DNA of 40,820 nucleotides from an uncultured Thermoplasmatales archaeon (GCA_964464425.1 CAYXGD010000001.1:1-40820), one strand, 5' to 3'; shown: positions 8,244 to 16,699, numbered from the stretch's first letter. Notes: generated by a model from the sequence alone, not told the origin. A program made the numbers and translations.

Positions 8244-8688
8244 GAACAACCGTTGATGGCTCCGTACAGGCATCTCGGAGCATCGGGTCGGGGGCTCGCC
8301 TCCAACAGCCTCCCAACGCCTCCAACGTGTTCGACGCTCCCGGCCCCTTTCCTCTCCCACCCTACCCGTCCAGCTCGTGCGCTCAACGGGCATCGAGGAC
8401 CCCGGGGACCGGTGGCCCCCCTTGCCCAACGCCGGTGACAAAGCAGGGCCTTTTGCTTCCCACCCCGAACGACCCACGGGAGGCGGAGGCGCGCGCCCAT
8501 CTGCGCACCCTGTGCGCGGACCGGACGGCCGGTCCCCAGAACCCGGTCGTCTGGGCGAGCCCGGGGCCCTGTCAGCGGGCCCCGGCTCCGCTCCCCACTG
8601 TTCATGGGATAGGGTCCTCGCCGCCTGGCCGGCCGTGGGGTGGATGATCGCCGGTGCCTTCCTCTTCCGACCACTGGGCCAGATCAGA

Positions 8689-10608
8689 TCACGGCGTCTC
8701 CCGGTCCGAGGCACGCGCCTCCCGAGGCCTCCCGGCGTCGCCGACCTCGACCGGTGGCGGTTGGTTCAACGGGCCGGCATCTGACGCCAGTTTCGGGAAG
8801 AGCAGGTGGAACCTGGCCCCCGCCTCGTACCCCTCGTCGATCCAGATCCTGCCGCCGTGGAGCTCCAAGATCCGGCGGCAGATCGCCAGGCCGGCGCCCG
8901 TCCCCTCCTGGTCCCGCGGGTTCTCGACGCGTTCGAACAGGTGGAAGAGGCGGGCGTGGTGCCGGGGCTCGATGCCGATCCCGTTGTCCTCCACGACGAC
9001 CTCCCACGCGTCATCCTGCTCGACGGCGCGGATCTCCACCCGCGGCCGCTGACCTTCAGGGCTGAACTTGAACGCGTTGACGAGCAGGTGGTAGAAGACC
9101 TGGGACAACAACGCCGGATCCCCGTGGATCGTCGGCAACGGGTCGACGTGGATCTCGGCCGGGGGACGGTCAGCGTCGGCCTCCAACCGGGCGATGGCCC
9201 CCTCGACGACCTCGTCGAGATCGGTATCCTCGGTCTCGATGCCGTGCTGGAGGCTGGCGTACTCGAGCAGATCGTTCAGCAGGTCGTGGATCCGCACGGC
9301 ACCGTCGGCCGCGTACTCGATGTACTCGTTGGCCGCGTCGTCCAGATCGTCGGCGTACTGCCGCTGCAGCAGCCGGGTGTACAAGGAGACCATCCGGACG
9401 GGCTCCTGCATGTGGTGGGCGGCCGCGTACGTGAACCGTTCCAGGTCCGCGTGGGCCCTGGAGAGCGAGGTGGTCGCGGCTCTGGCTTCCCGGGTCATCG
9501 CCTCGGCCATCCGGTGGGCCCGTTGACGACCGGCCGCCAGCAGGTAGGTGAGCGCGGCGACGGCCAGGGACAAGGTGGCCCCGCCGGCGAGCGTCAGGCC
9601 GGGGGCCAGCTCTTCGGCGGTGGAGAGGAGGTTGCCGGGTCGATGGACGTACAACGGCCACGTCGAGGCACCGACGGAGACCGGCACGTACCCGAGCGGA
9701 TCGAACCCGGGGAGGGAGGCTAGCGCGTCAGGCGGCTCCTGGACCGCGCTTGGACCCGCGTCCTCGCCCTCCTGCTCGAGGATCTCGTAGAGCTCGATGC
9801 GGACCTCGTGCCCCGAGGCGGTGAGCTCCGAGATCGCGGGTGCCAGGCTGGCTCGGATGTCGTGGACGGAGACGACCAGGCCCTGGACAGAGGCGCGGCG
9901 GTGTTCCACGGTGCCTGGCTCCACCGTCCCGTAGATCGGCAGGAGCAGGACGTAGAGCCCCTCGGCTTGGGACCGGTTGCTGGCATCGAGATCGAGGTTG
10001 ACCGCGCCCAGGATCGCCGGCCGACCCCGGTCGACGGCCGTCTGGATGATCGTCCGGGCGTCGGAACCAGCGGTGAGGTCGCTCGCGAAGGTGGGGCCGG
10101 GCCCCTGGGGAGGCACGCGGTGGTCGAGGATGAAGCCGGCCTGGTCGAGGGTCGGCGCCGGGCCGGGATCCGGGTAACCCAGCGCGGTCAGGTTGGGATC
10201 CTCGCGAAGGTCGGCCCAATGGGCTTCCGCGTCGCCTGGCGGGACGTGGGTCGCCAGGCCAGCGCTCAGGAACCCGGGTGCTCGCTGGTCCCAGCCCGAT
10301 CCTTGGGTCCAGTTGTGGAACGCGGCATGGGAGGGGAGCTCCCCTGCACCATCGACGAACCCTTTGAGGACGAAGAGGTTCGTGACATCTTGGACGAGGC
10401 GGTCCTCCAGCTGTCCCGAGACGGTCTGCGCGTGGTCGCGGTACCGACGATCCTCCTGTTCATCGGCGCTCCGGCTGAAGTAGACGCTCCCGGCCACGGT
10501 CCCAGCCAGCAGGGGCAGGAGGACCAGGCCGGCGAGGACGACAGGGGGGACCCGAGCACCGGCGGCCGTCACCAGGCGCCGAAGCTCTCCTGGATCGAAG
10601 GCGCTCAC
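8689..10608 (-). CDS. Membrane sensor histidine kinase with a CHASE-like extracytoplasmic domain
   Basis: One N-terminal TM segment is followed by an extracytoplasmic domain of about 300 aa, a second TM segment (LAPGLTLAGGATLSLAVAALTYLLAA), an H-box (AAHHMQEPVRMV) and HATPase_c N/G boxes (LLVNAFKF…, VEDNGIGI…, GTGAGLAICRRI). The start codon is GTG. Confidence 0.85.
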   Translation of the reverse strand: MSAFDPGELRRLVTAAGARVPPVVLAGLVLLPLLAGTVAGSVYFSRSADEQEDRRYRDHAQTVSGQLEDRLVQDVTNLFVLKGFVDGAGELPSHAAFHNWTQGSGWDQRAPGFLSAGLATHVPPGDAEAHWADLREDPNLTALGYPDPGPAPTLDQAGFILDHRVPPQGPGPTFASDLTAGSDARTIIQTAVDRGRPAILGAVNLDLDASNRSQAEGLYVLLLPIYGTVEPGTVEHRRASVQGLVVSVHDIRASLAPAISELTASGHEVRIELYEILEQEGEDAGPSAVQEPPDALASLPGFDPLGYVPVSVGASTWPLYVHRPGNLLSTAEELAPGLTLAGGATLSLAVAALTYLLAAGRQRAHRMAEAMTREARAATTSLSRAHADLERFTYAAAHHMQEPVRMVSLYTRLLQRQYADDLDDAANEYIEYAADGAVRIHDLLNDLLEYASLQHGIETEDTDLDEVVEGAIARLEADADRPPAEIHVDPLPTIHGDPALLSQVFYHLLVNAFKFSPEGQRPRVEIRAVEQDDAWEVVVEDNGIGIEPRHHARLFHLFERVENPRDQEGTGAGLAICRRILELHGGRIWIDEGYEAGARFHLLFPKLASDAGPLNQPPPVEVGDAGRPREARASDRETP

Positions 10609-10630
10609 ACAGGAGCTTCTCCGGGCGCCC

Positions 10631-10639
10631 CTTTATAAG
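10631..10639 (-). promoter_or_regulatory. Palindromic TATA box CTTTATAAG upstream of the sensor kinase
   Basis: The best TATA match in the window, centred about 27 nt upstream of the GTG at 10608 (leaderless geometry). Confidence 0.55.
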
Positions 10640-10681
10640 ACCGCGACCTAGCCCGATGGCATCGACCGCCCGGATGGACGG

Positions 10682-11152
10682 TCAGTAGCCGAGCTCCTGG
10701 AGCTTGCGGTCCCGGAGATCGCCGCCGCAGCTGGGGCAGAAGGCCGTCCCCTCGTAGACCTCGGCTTGGCACTCAGGGCACGCCCCGATCTTGTGCCGCT
10801 CGAGCTGGTCGGCGCCGCAATGCTCGCAGAACTCCGAGTACCGGTTCACGGGGAGCCGGCAGGCGTAGCAGGTCTTGGAGTAGTCCGGCTGGAGGTCCCC
10901 CTTGTGGAGGTTCTGGAGGTAGACGACGAAGATCAACGTCAGGAAGATCAAGCCGACCAGCGCACCCACGAAGGGGAGGCCGTAGACGCCGGTCTGCCAT
11001 CGCTGGTAGAGGTAGACGCCTCCAGCCCCCAGGACCACACCGTAGATGACCTGGAACCAGTAGAGGAACTGCAGCGGGTTGACGGTCTCCCGTTCCACAC
11101 CGGGGCAGGTCGGCCCCGGAGGAAAGCGGTTACGGAACGCCACCGGCGTCAT
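10682..11152 (-). CDS. Membrane protein with a C-terminal double zinc-ribbon
   Basis: The real start is the ATG at 11152 (MTPVAFRNRF…), sharing one nucleotide with the PolX stop (TGATG). Two or three hydrophobic helices are followed by four CxxC pairs (CYAC…CEHC…CPEC…CPSC). The 5' part of the track ORF overlaps PolX and is spurious. Confidence 0.6.
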   Translation of the reverse strand: MTPVAFRNRFPPGPTCPGVERETVNPLQFLYWFQVIYGVVLGAGGVYLYQRWQTGVYGLPFVGALVGLIFLTLIFVVYLQNLHKGDLQPDYSKTCYACRLPVNRYSEFCEHCGADQLERHKIGACPECQAEVYEGTAFCPSCGGDLRDRKLQELGY

Positions 11153-12843
11153 CAGCGGCCTACGTAGGCCAGCAGATCCTCCAAGGGACCCGCGTTGAGG
11201 ACGTGCTCGGACGTCAGCCACCCCTTCCGGGCTTGATCGACGCCCAGGCGCATCGTCTCCATGCCAGCGGGGGCGTGGGCATCGGTGGAGATGACGAACC
11301 GGGCCTTGTCGCGGAACCGATGAACGTCGAGCCAGTCCAGGTCGAGCCGGTTCGGCTGCGCGTTGATCTCGATGGCGATCCTGTGGTCGGCCGCGGCCTC
11401 GACGATGGCGGGCATGTCCAGATCGTTGCCCTCTCGTTGCCCGATCAGTCGGTTGGTCGGGTGGGCGAAGATATCGACCGGGTAGGCCTCGAACGCGTGG
11501 AGGACCCGATCGGTCGCATCGCTGACCGTGTCGTGGAGCGAGGCGACGACGAGGTCGAGCTCCTCGCACACCTCCGGGGGGACATCCATCCCGTCCCGGG
11601 TGATGTTGGCCTCGACGCCGTGTAGCACCCGGACGCCGTCGACGGCCTCATCGGCCTCCCGGACCTCCTCCCCCTGTTCAGCCAGCTCCTCCAGGGTCGG
11701 GGCCCCGGTGACGGTCAACGAGGGTCCGTGGTCGGTGATCAGGATGTAGCTGTACCCGAGCTCAGCGGCCTTCCGGGCCATGGCCTCGACGCTCTCCTTG
11801 CCGTCGCTCCAGGTGGTGTGCATCTGCAGATCCCCCTGGATGTCCTCGAGGGTGACGAGCTCAGGCAAGTCGTCCTCCCCGGCCCGTTGAACCTCGCCGA
11901 GACCCTCGCGCATCTCGGGCGGGATCCACGTCATCCCGAGCGCACCGTACACCTCGTCCTCAGTGGCGCCAGCGAGCTGGGTCCCGTCCTCCTCGTACAC
12001 CCCGTACTCGTTGACCTTCAGCCCGCGAGCCTGGGCCCGGCTGCGGACCTCGACGTTGTGGTCCTTGGACCCGGTGAAGTATTGGAGTGCAGCCCCCCAC
12101 GACGACGGGTCGACCACACGCACATCGACCTGGAGCCCGTCCCGGGTCACGATCGACGCCTTGGTCTCGCCCTGCCCGAGCACGCGGTCCACCATCTCGA
12201 GACCGGCGACGGTCTCCAACGCCTCGACCGGTGCGTGGGCGGTGGCCAGCAGGTCGACGTCTCCCACGGTGGGGGTCCGTCGCCGGAACGATCCGGCCGG
12301 CTCCAGGCGGTCGAACCGGCCGGTCGCCAGGAGTGTCTCGGTCAGGTCGGCGACGATCGCCTCGGCCTTCCCCAGGAGGGTCCTCTGCCGGGCCTCCCGG
12401 ACGAACCCGATGTGATCGAGGATCTTCCCCTGGGTCGTCTTCCCGAAGCCCTTGACCTCGGCGACCCGGCCGTCCCGGGCCGCCGCCTCCAGGCTGTCGA
12501 GGTCGGTGACGTCCAGCGCTTCGTAGAGCTTCTTGATGCCCTTCGGGCCCAAGCCCTGGACCGCCAGCAGGCCGGGGACATCCACGGGCACCTCCTCACG
12601 AACGGTCTCCAAGGCGGTCATGGTCCCCGCTTCGAGGTACTCGGCGACCTTCTCCGCGATGGCTTGGCCGACCCCGTCGATGCTCTCGAGGTCACCCTCG
12701 GCGTGAACCTCCTCGATCGGGGCCTGGAGGGTCTCGATGTTCCGCGCGGCCTTCCGGTATGCTCGAGCTTCCCACTCGTCCCCCTTGACGTCGCTGTAGT
12801 CGGCCAGCTCGTTGAGGACCTCGGCGACCTCGGCGTTGCGCAT
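11152..12843 (-). CDS. polX: Family X DNA polymerase with a C-terminal PHP phosphoesterase domain
   Basis: The N-terminal HhH/8-kDa-like region (MRNAEVAEVLNELADY…AYRKAARNI) is followed by a nucleotidyltransferase core (GSFRRRTPTVGDVDLL). A PHP domain follows, with motifs DLQMHTTWSDG, ITDHG, LHGVEANI, ASLHD and STDAH. Confidence 0.9.
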   Translation of the reverse strand: MRNAEVAEVLNELADYSDVKGDEWEARAYRKAARNIETLQAPIEEVHAEGDLESIDGVGQAIAEKVAEYLEAGTMTALETVREEVPVDVPGLLAVQGLGPKGIKKLYEALDVTDLDSLEAAARDGRVAEVKGFGKTTQGKILDHIGFVREARQRTLLGKAEAIVADLTETLLATGRFDRLEPAGSFRRRTPTVGDVDLLATAHAPVEALETVAGLEMVDRVLGQGETKASIVTRDGLQVDVRVVDPSSWGAALQYFTGSKDHNVEVRSRAQARGLKVNEYGVYEEDGTQLAGATEDEVYGALGMTWIPPEMREGLGEVQRAGEDDLPELVTLEDIQGDLQMHTTWSDGKESVEAMARKAAELGYSYILITDHGPSLTVTGAPTLEELAEQGEEVREADEAVDGVRVLHGVEANITRDGMDVPPEVCEELDLVVASLHDTVSDATDRVLHAFEAYPVDIFAHPTNRLIGQREGNDLDMPAIVEAAADHRIAIEINAQPNRLDLDWLDVHRFRDKARFVISTDAHAPAGMETMRLGVDQARKGWLTSEHVLNAGPLEDLLAYVGR

Positions 12844-12916
12844 CAGGTCACGGGTCAGGCTCTGGCGAGCCTCAAGGTTTCGGGGTCCACCGGTCCACGA
12901 GCACGGAGCGGGGGAT

Positions 12917-13026
12917 GCCGGCCGAACCCGGTGGGTCGGCGGTGTGGTTCAACCTCTCGCGAGGCCCTTGTCGTAGCATTGTCGGACCTCGCGATCGAAC
13001 AGGGGGTTCAGATCCCTCTCTGAGAA
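12917..13026. repeat. Decayed copy of the hairpin-repeat family (see 16745-17145 and 38005-38520)
   Basis: Contains GCCGAACC…GGTTC (12921-12950), CCTCTCGCGAGG/GACCTCGCGA, GGTTCAGATCC (13005-13015) and CTCTCTGAGAAC (13015-13026). These are the same stem and junction words as the two intact arrays, but the pairing is eroded. Confidence 0.5.
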
Positions 13027-13040
13027 CGATACGGTTGGAA

Positions 13041-13123
13041 CGCGGGGCGGGGGATTCGAACCCCCGGGTGCAAAGCACACAGAGTTAGCAACCCTGCGCC
13101 TTACCAGGCTAGGCAAGCCCCGC
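13041..13123 (-). tRNA. tRNA-Ser (anticodon GCU), long variable arm, no encoded CCA
   Basis: The minus strand reads GCGGGGC-TT-GCCT…AGGC-G-CAGGG-TTGCTAA-CTCTG-TGTGCTTTGCACCC-GGGGG-TTCGAAT-CCCCC-GCCCCGC-G. It has a 7-bp acceptor stem, a GGTTCGAATCC T-arm, a GTGC/GCAC variable-arm hairpin and anticodon GCT at loop positions 34-36. Confidence 0.9.
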
Positions 13124-13147
13124 AGCGGGTGGGCTGCGAAGCCAACT

Positions 13148-13161
13148 CTCCTATAGAATCC
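13148..13161 (-). promoter_or_regulatory. TATA-like box (minus-strand GGATTCTATAGGAG) upstream of tRNA-Ser
   Basis: A/T-rich patch centred about 30 nt upstream of the tRNA 5' end at 13123. Confidence 0.5.
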
Positions 13162-13185
13162 TTTGGGAACCAGCGGTACCGGCGG

Positions 13186-14679
13186 TCACTCCTCGCTGGT
13201 CCCGCGGTCCTTCTCCTGGGGGACCGAATGCCCGAGCGCGCGGAGGAACTTGGCGGAAAGCGCCGTCTCGACGCTCTCCAGGAACTCCTGGCGGTTCTGG
13301 ATCTCCACGAAGACATCGACGGGGATCTGGGCACCGGCCATGTGGCTATGACCTCCCCCGCGGTTGGGACCGAAGAGCTCCTCCATCACGTTGCCCAGAT
13401 GGACGCGGACGTCCCGGGAACGTGAGGAGACGTGGATCGTCCCGCTGACCAGACCGTACACGACGACGGTGTCCACGCCCTCGATGTCCAGCAGGAAGTC
13501 GGCCACGTAGGAGAGGAAGTCGGCCTTGGGGACGACACCGAGGAACGAGACGACCAGGGATCCGCGCTTCTTCATGCCCTCGATGGCCCGGCCCAGGATC
13601 GTGGCCTGGTCGCTGGACATCGGTGGCGACTCGATCCGGCGCAGGGTCTCGGAGTCCATGAAGGCGCTGAGGTACCGGACGGCCTCCAGGTCCTCGCTGT
13701 CGACCTTGTCGGTGAGGACCTTGGTATCGGTCCGGATACCGTACATGAGCGCGGTGGCCACGTCGGTCGGCGGGGTCAGCCCCAGCTCGCGTAGGTAGCC
13801 CGTGAGCAGGGTGGCCGTCGCGCCTACGCCGGGTCGGACGTCGCGGAAGTCGGCCTTGATCCGCTCGTCATCGGTGGGGTGGTGGTCGAACACGATGTTC
13901 GGGACGACCTCCTCGGGCAACGGGTTGTTCTTGCCCGCCACCGAGACATCGACCAGGGCGACGAGGTCGACAGCGCTGACGATCTCGCGCGATTCCTCGG
14001 CCCCGGCGACCTCCTCGGTCTCGACGCTCAGCAGGTTCACCATGGCCCGGTTCTCCGGGCGGCCCACCTGGCCCTTGGCGTACTTCTTGACCTCGATCTC
14101 CGGGTTGATGCTCTTGGCGACGAACTCCAAGGCCATCGCGCTGGAGATCGAGTCCGGGTCCGGGTTGGACTGCAGGAAGATCGCTAGGGACCGGGCGTTG
14201 TTCAGCAGCCGCTTGAGCGACCGGACGCGGGACTCCATCTGGACGTCCCTGAGCCGGCGCTCGACGCTGCGGGCCAGCACCTCTTGGGGCAGGACAACCT
14301 CGTCGCTGCCGGCCTTCTTGAGGGCATCCCGGGACGGCGGGTCGACGGCCCGGGCGATGATCCTGGCGTCGGGGAAGTTCTCCCGGACGTAGATCACACC
14401 CTCCTGGTTGGCATCGACATCGCTGGCCAGGAGGAGGACAGCGTCCGCTCGGGAGAGCTGCTCCTTGAAAGGGTCCAGGTTCCGCAGGTCACCGACAGCT
14501 GCGTTCAGGTTGCCGTCTCTGAGGTTCTGGACGCGGCTCTCGGAGGCATCGACGACGAAGACCTCCTCGCCCCGGTCCTGGAGCGTGCTAGCGACCTTGA
14601 ACCCAACAGAACCGCAACCCAGGATGACGTACACTGGACGTTCTCCTGCCAGCAGGCGTCGAACCTGCTCCGAGGGCAA
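13186..14679 (-). CDS. TrkA-N (RCK/NAD-binding) domain fused to a DHH/DHHA1 phosphoesterase (NrnA-like)
   Basis: The N-terminal Rossmann segment (VYVILGCGSVGFKVA…VVDAS) is followed by a DHH motif (NIVFDHHPT) and the DHHA1 GGGH motif (NRGGGHSHMAGAQ). The track start is TTG at 14679. GTG at 14634 (VYVILGCG) is an alternative, given the TATA-like box at 14694-14703. Confidence 0.8.
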   Translation of the reverse strand: MPSEQVRRLLAGERPVYVILGCGSVGFKVASTLQDRGEEVFVVDASESRVQNLRDGNLNAAVGDLRNLDPFKEQLSRADAVLLLASDVDANQEGVIYVRENFPDARIIARAVDPPSRDALKKAGSDEVVLPQEVLARSVERRLRDVQMESRVRSLKRLLNNARSLAIFLQSNPDPDSISSAMALEFVAKSINPEIEVKKYAKGQVGRPENRAMVNLLSVETEEVAGAEESREIVSAVDLVALVDVSVAGKNNPLPEEVVPNIVFDHHPTDDERIKADFRDVRPGVGATATLLTGYLRELGLTPPTDVATALMYGIRTDTKVLTDKVDSEDLEAVRYLSAFMDSETLRRIESPPMSSDQATILGRAIEGMKKRGSLVVSFLGVVPKADFLSYVADFLLDIEGVDTVVVYGLVSGTIHVSSRSRDVRVHLGNVMEELFGPNRGGGHSHMAGAQIPVDVFVEIQNRQEFLESVETALSAKFLRALGHSVPQEKDRGTSEE

Positions 14680-14693
14680 TGACGGGCGTCCAA

Positions 14694-14703
14694 CTAATAA
14701 CCG
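14694..14703 (-). promoter_or_regulatory. TATA-like box (minus-strand CGGTTATTAG) upstream of the TrkA-N/DHH gene
   Basis: The most A/T-rich patch in the 14680-14753 spacer. Confidence 0.4.
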
Positions 14704-14753
14704 TTTTCCAACGGGGCTTGGGGAGCCGTATGGAACAAGACGGCCCTATTCGG

Positions 14754-15011
14754 CTATCCTGGGGGGTCTTGGGCCGCTTCGCCTTGCCAGAACCGCCACC
14801 CCTGTTGCACCACTGTCCCAAGCAACCCCAGAAGCAGGGAGATCACGGCTGCCACCGCCAGCCAAGCAGCCAACTCGAAGAAGAAACCGACCTCGTCCCC
14901 TGAAGGGGCGGCGGTGAGCCCGGTCATCGCGGCGTTGAGCACCAAGGCCGCCGTGATCGCGAAGATCCCGAAGTAGGTCGTCCCCCACCCCAACGGTCCA
15001 AAGCGTGCCAT
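14754..15011 (-). CDS. Small hypothetical membrane protein (2 predicted TM helices)
   Basis: The product MARFGPLGWGTTYFGIFAITAALVLNAAM…FFFELAAWLAVAAVISLLLGLLGTVV has two hydrophobic helices. The ATG at 15011 lies about 28 nt downstream of a GCTATCAC patch, and the track start (GTG at 15032) is an alternative. I recognise no family. Confidence 0.4.
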   Translation of the reverse strand: MARFGPLGWGTTYFGIFAITAALVLNAAMTGLTAAPSGDEVGFFFELAAWLAVAAVISLLLGLLGTVVQQGWRFWQGEAAQDPPG

Positions 15012-15048
15012 GCCGGTGAACCCGCCCAGCACGTGATAGCCGTTCCGG

Positions 15049-15423
15049 CTACCCGCTCATGAAGGACTTGACCAAGAGGATGTCACGCAGGCCGGCCTTG
15101 ACCTTGATCTTCTTCTTGACGTAGGCTTCGAGGGGGGAGAGCGTCCCATCGAAGATCGCCAGGAAGTCCTCGGCTTCGGCCGTGACACGCACGTCCGGGT
15201 CCTCGGGACGGCCCTCGGCGATCTCGACCAGGTTGCCGTCGCGGACCTCGAGGTTCCACGCGCCCCGTGCCTTGAGGTCGATGAGGATGTCTCGGTCCTT
15301 CCCCTTCAGGGAGTCCCGGAAGTCGGGGTTGTTCTCCCAGCGGCGTCGGAACCCCTTCTCCAGGCGTTCCAGGGCGTTCTGGATCCGTTCCTCGACATCG
15401 GTCTCGTTGGTTGCCTCGGTCAC
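15049..15423 (-). CDS. SCP2 sterol-carrier-like domain protein
   Basis: The C-terminal signature …EDFLAIFDGTLSPLEAYVKKKIKVKAGLRDILLVKSF is typical of SCP2. The GTG start at 15423 overlaps the rnhB stop (GTGA). The 5' extension in the track is spurious. Confidence 0.65.
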   Translation of the reverse strand: MTEATNETDVEERIQNALERLEKGFRRRWENNPDFRDSLKGKDRDILIDLKARGAWNLEVRDGNLVEIAEGRPEDPDVRVTAEAEDFLAIFDGTLSPLEAYVKKKIKVKAGLRDILLVKSFMSG

Positions 15424-16082
15424 GATGTGCCTCCTGAGGGTGAGGTGAAGTCCGCAAGGGATGCCGTCCCGAACCCGAGGTCCTTGATCGTCGACCACGT
15501 GGTGCGGGCGTGGGGCGGGGGCTGCTGGTGCTCGGATCGCCAACCCTGTAGGAACCTGCGCGTCGTCGGGTCGCTGGGGTAGCCGGATCCGACAGGCTGG
15601 CCGATCTCCTGTTCGATGACGGTCATGGCTCGGTCGCGGGTGACCTTGGCCAGGATGCTGGCCGCACCGACCAACGGGTCGCTGGCATCGGCGCCCACGC
15701 TGGCCGTGACCTGGCAGAACCCTTCCAGGGCCCTCGTCAAGCGGGCGCCTAGGCGTTCAGGTCGGCTGTCCAAGGCGTCGACGGTCGCCTCCGGAGCGTC
15801 CAGCCCTTCCAGGATCTGGAGGAAGGCGTCGATCTCGATCTCGGTCAGGCTCGTCCCGGATCGCATCCGACGGTCGAGCTCCCAGGCGGGGAGGACACGG
15901 ACAAGGCAGGTGAGCCGGTCGTCGGCCACCAGGGCTTCGTAGAGCCGGTCCCGGGTCTGAGGGCTCAGCACCTTGGAGTCGTCGACCCCGTCGGGTAGGC
16001 GTGAGGGGTCACCCCGCACGCCGGCGACGATGAGGGGGCCCAGAACGGGACCGCGTCCTGCTTCATCGACGCCGGCACGCAT
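15420..16082 (-). CDS. rnhB: Ribonuclease HII
   Basis: Starts at the ATG at 16082: MRAGVDEAGRGPVLGPLIVAGV…DDSKVLSP…, the canonical RNase HII N-terminal catalytic motif. The upstream 34 codons in the track are an over-extension. Confidence 0.9.
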   Translation of the reverse strand: MRAGVDEAGRGPVLGPLIVAGVRGDPSRLPDGVDDSKVLSPQTRDRLYEALVADDRLTCLVRVLPAWELDRRMRSGTSLTEIEIDAFLQILEGLDAPEATVDALDSRPERLGARLTRALEGFCQVTASVGADASDPLVGAASILAKVTRDRAMTVIEQEIGQPVGSGYPSDPTTRRFLQGWRSEHQQPPPHARTTWSTIKDLGFGTASLADFTSPSGGTS

Positions 16083-16177
16083 CGGCGCTGCAAAGCGCAC
16101 CCTAGGGTAAAACCTAACGGCTCCCGGATGACCGGTCCGGGGGGTCGACCCCCCCGAGGACCGGCCGGCCGGTGCGG

Positions 16178-16699
16178 TCAGCACCCCGCGTTGAAGACCC
16201 CCGGTGTCTCAGGACCGGTCGCCCAGGCCCCATGGAGGCCGGCGCCGATGTGGCACGCTGCCAGGCTCTCTCCAGCGCCCGGGGCCGGGAGGCCGCCGGC
16301 ATCGCCGTACGCCACGGACTGGAGCACGTCGTCGTCCTCGGTGACCAGCTCGATCTCGTCGCCACCGTTGGCGAGGTTGAGGCAGCTGCTGGGGAGCTCC
16401 AGGACCAGGTGGCTCTGGGCCGGAAGGATCCCGGTCAAGGGCCAGTGGTAGTCCTGGACCAGACCTTCACCCGGCGCGAAGCACGCGTCATGGTCGGTCA
16501 GGTAGAGCCCATCCAGTCGAAGATCGACGGGGGACGGGTTGTAGAGCTCGACCCATTCCCCGTCGACGCCCGATCCGGTCGGGTCGGGATCGACCTCCAC
16601 GAGGATGGGGGCCACCGGGTCGCTGGCCTGGGCGGCCAGAGGTAGGGCGGTCGTCATCACAAGCGCACAGATCAGCAGAGCGGCGTTGGCCGGCTGCAT
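16178..16699 (-). CDS. Secreted lamin-tail-domain (LTD) protein
   Basis: The signal peptide (MQPANAALLICALVMTTALPLAAQA) is followed by an LTD-like pattern: ILVEVDPDPTGSGVDGEWVELYNPSPVDLRLDGLYLTD…GDEIELV. Confidence 0.7.
   Translation of the reverse strand: MQPANAALLICALVMTTALPLAAQASDPVAPILVEVDPDPTGSGVDGEWVELYNPSPVDLRLDGLYLTDHDACFAPGEGLVQDYHWPLTGILPAQSHLVLELPSSCLNLANGGDEIELVTEDDDVLQSVAYGDAGGLPAPGAGESLAACHIGAGLHGAWATGPETPGVFNAGC

Noticed and set aside
8400-8640. RNase P RNA or SRP RNA in the 514-bp gap.
   Set aside because: Only partial word matches were found (CAGAACCCGG, AAAGCAGGGCC on the plus strand; GAGGAAAGGGGCCGGG and GGGAAGCAA on the minus strand). They do not have a consistent set or order of conserved regions, there is no GGAAAGUCC/…CGGCUUA P4 pair, and there is no GNAR-loop helix 8. 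I kept this only as an open candidate-ncRNA finding.
6654-8714. Long 5' extensions of track ORFs: 6654-8714, 3366-4856, 30919-32541, 10682-11569, 21214-22377, 24011-25222, 33325-34947, 34794-35699, 15420-16184, 15049-15543 and 18563-19237.
   Set aside because: The extended N-termini are low-complexity Arg/Pro/Gly sequence, and many run through the neighbouring gene. In each case an internal ATG, GTG or TTG gives the family-typical N-terminus, often with an ATGA/GTGA overlap or correct TATA spacing.
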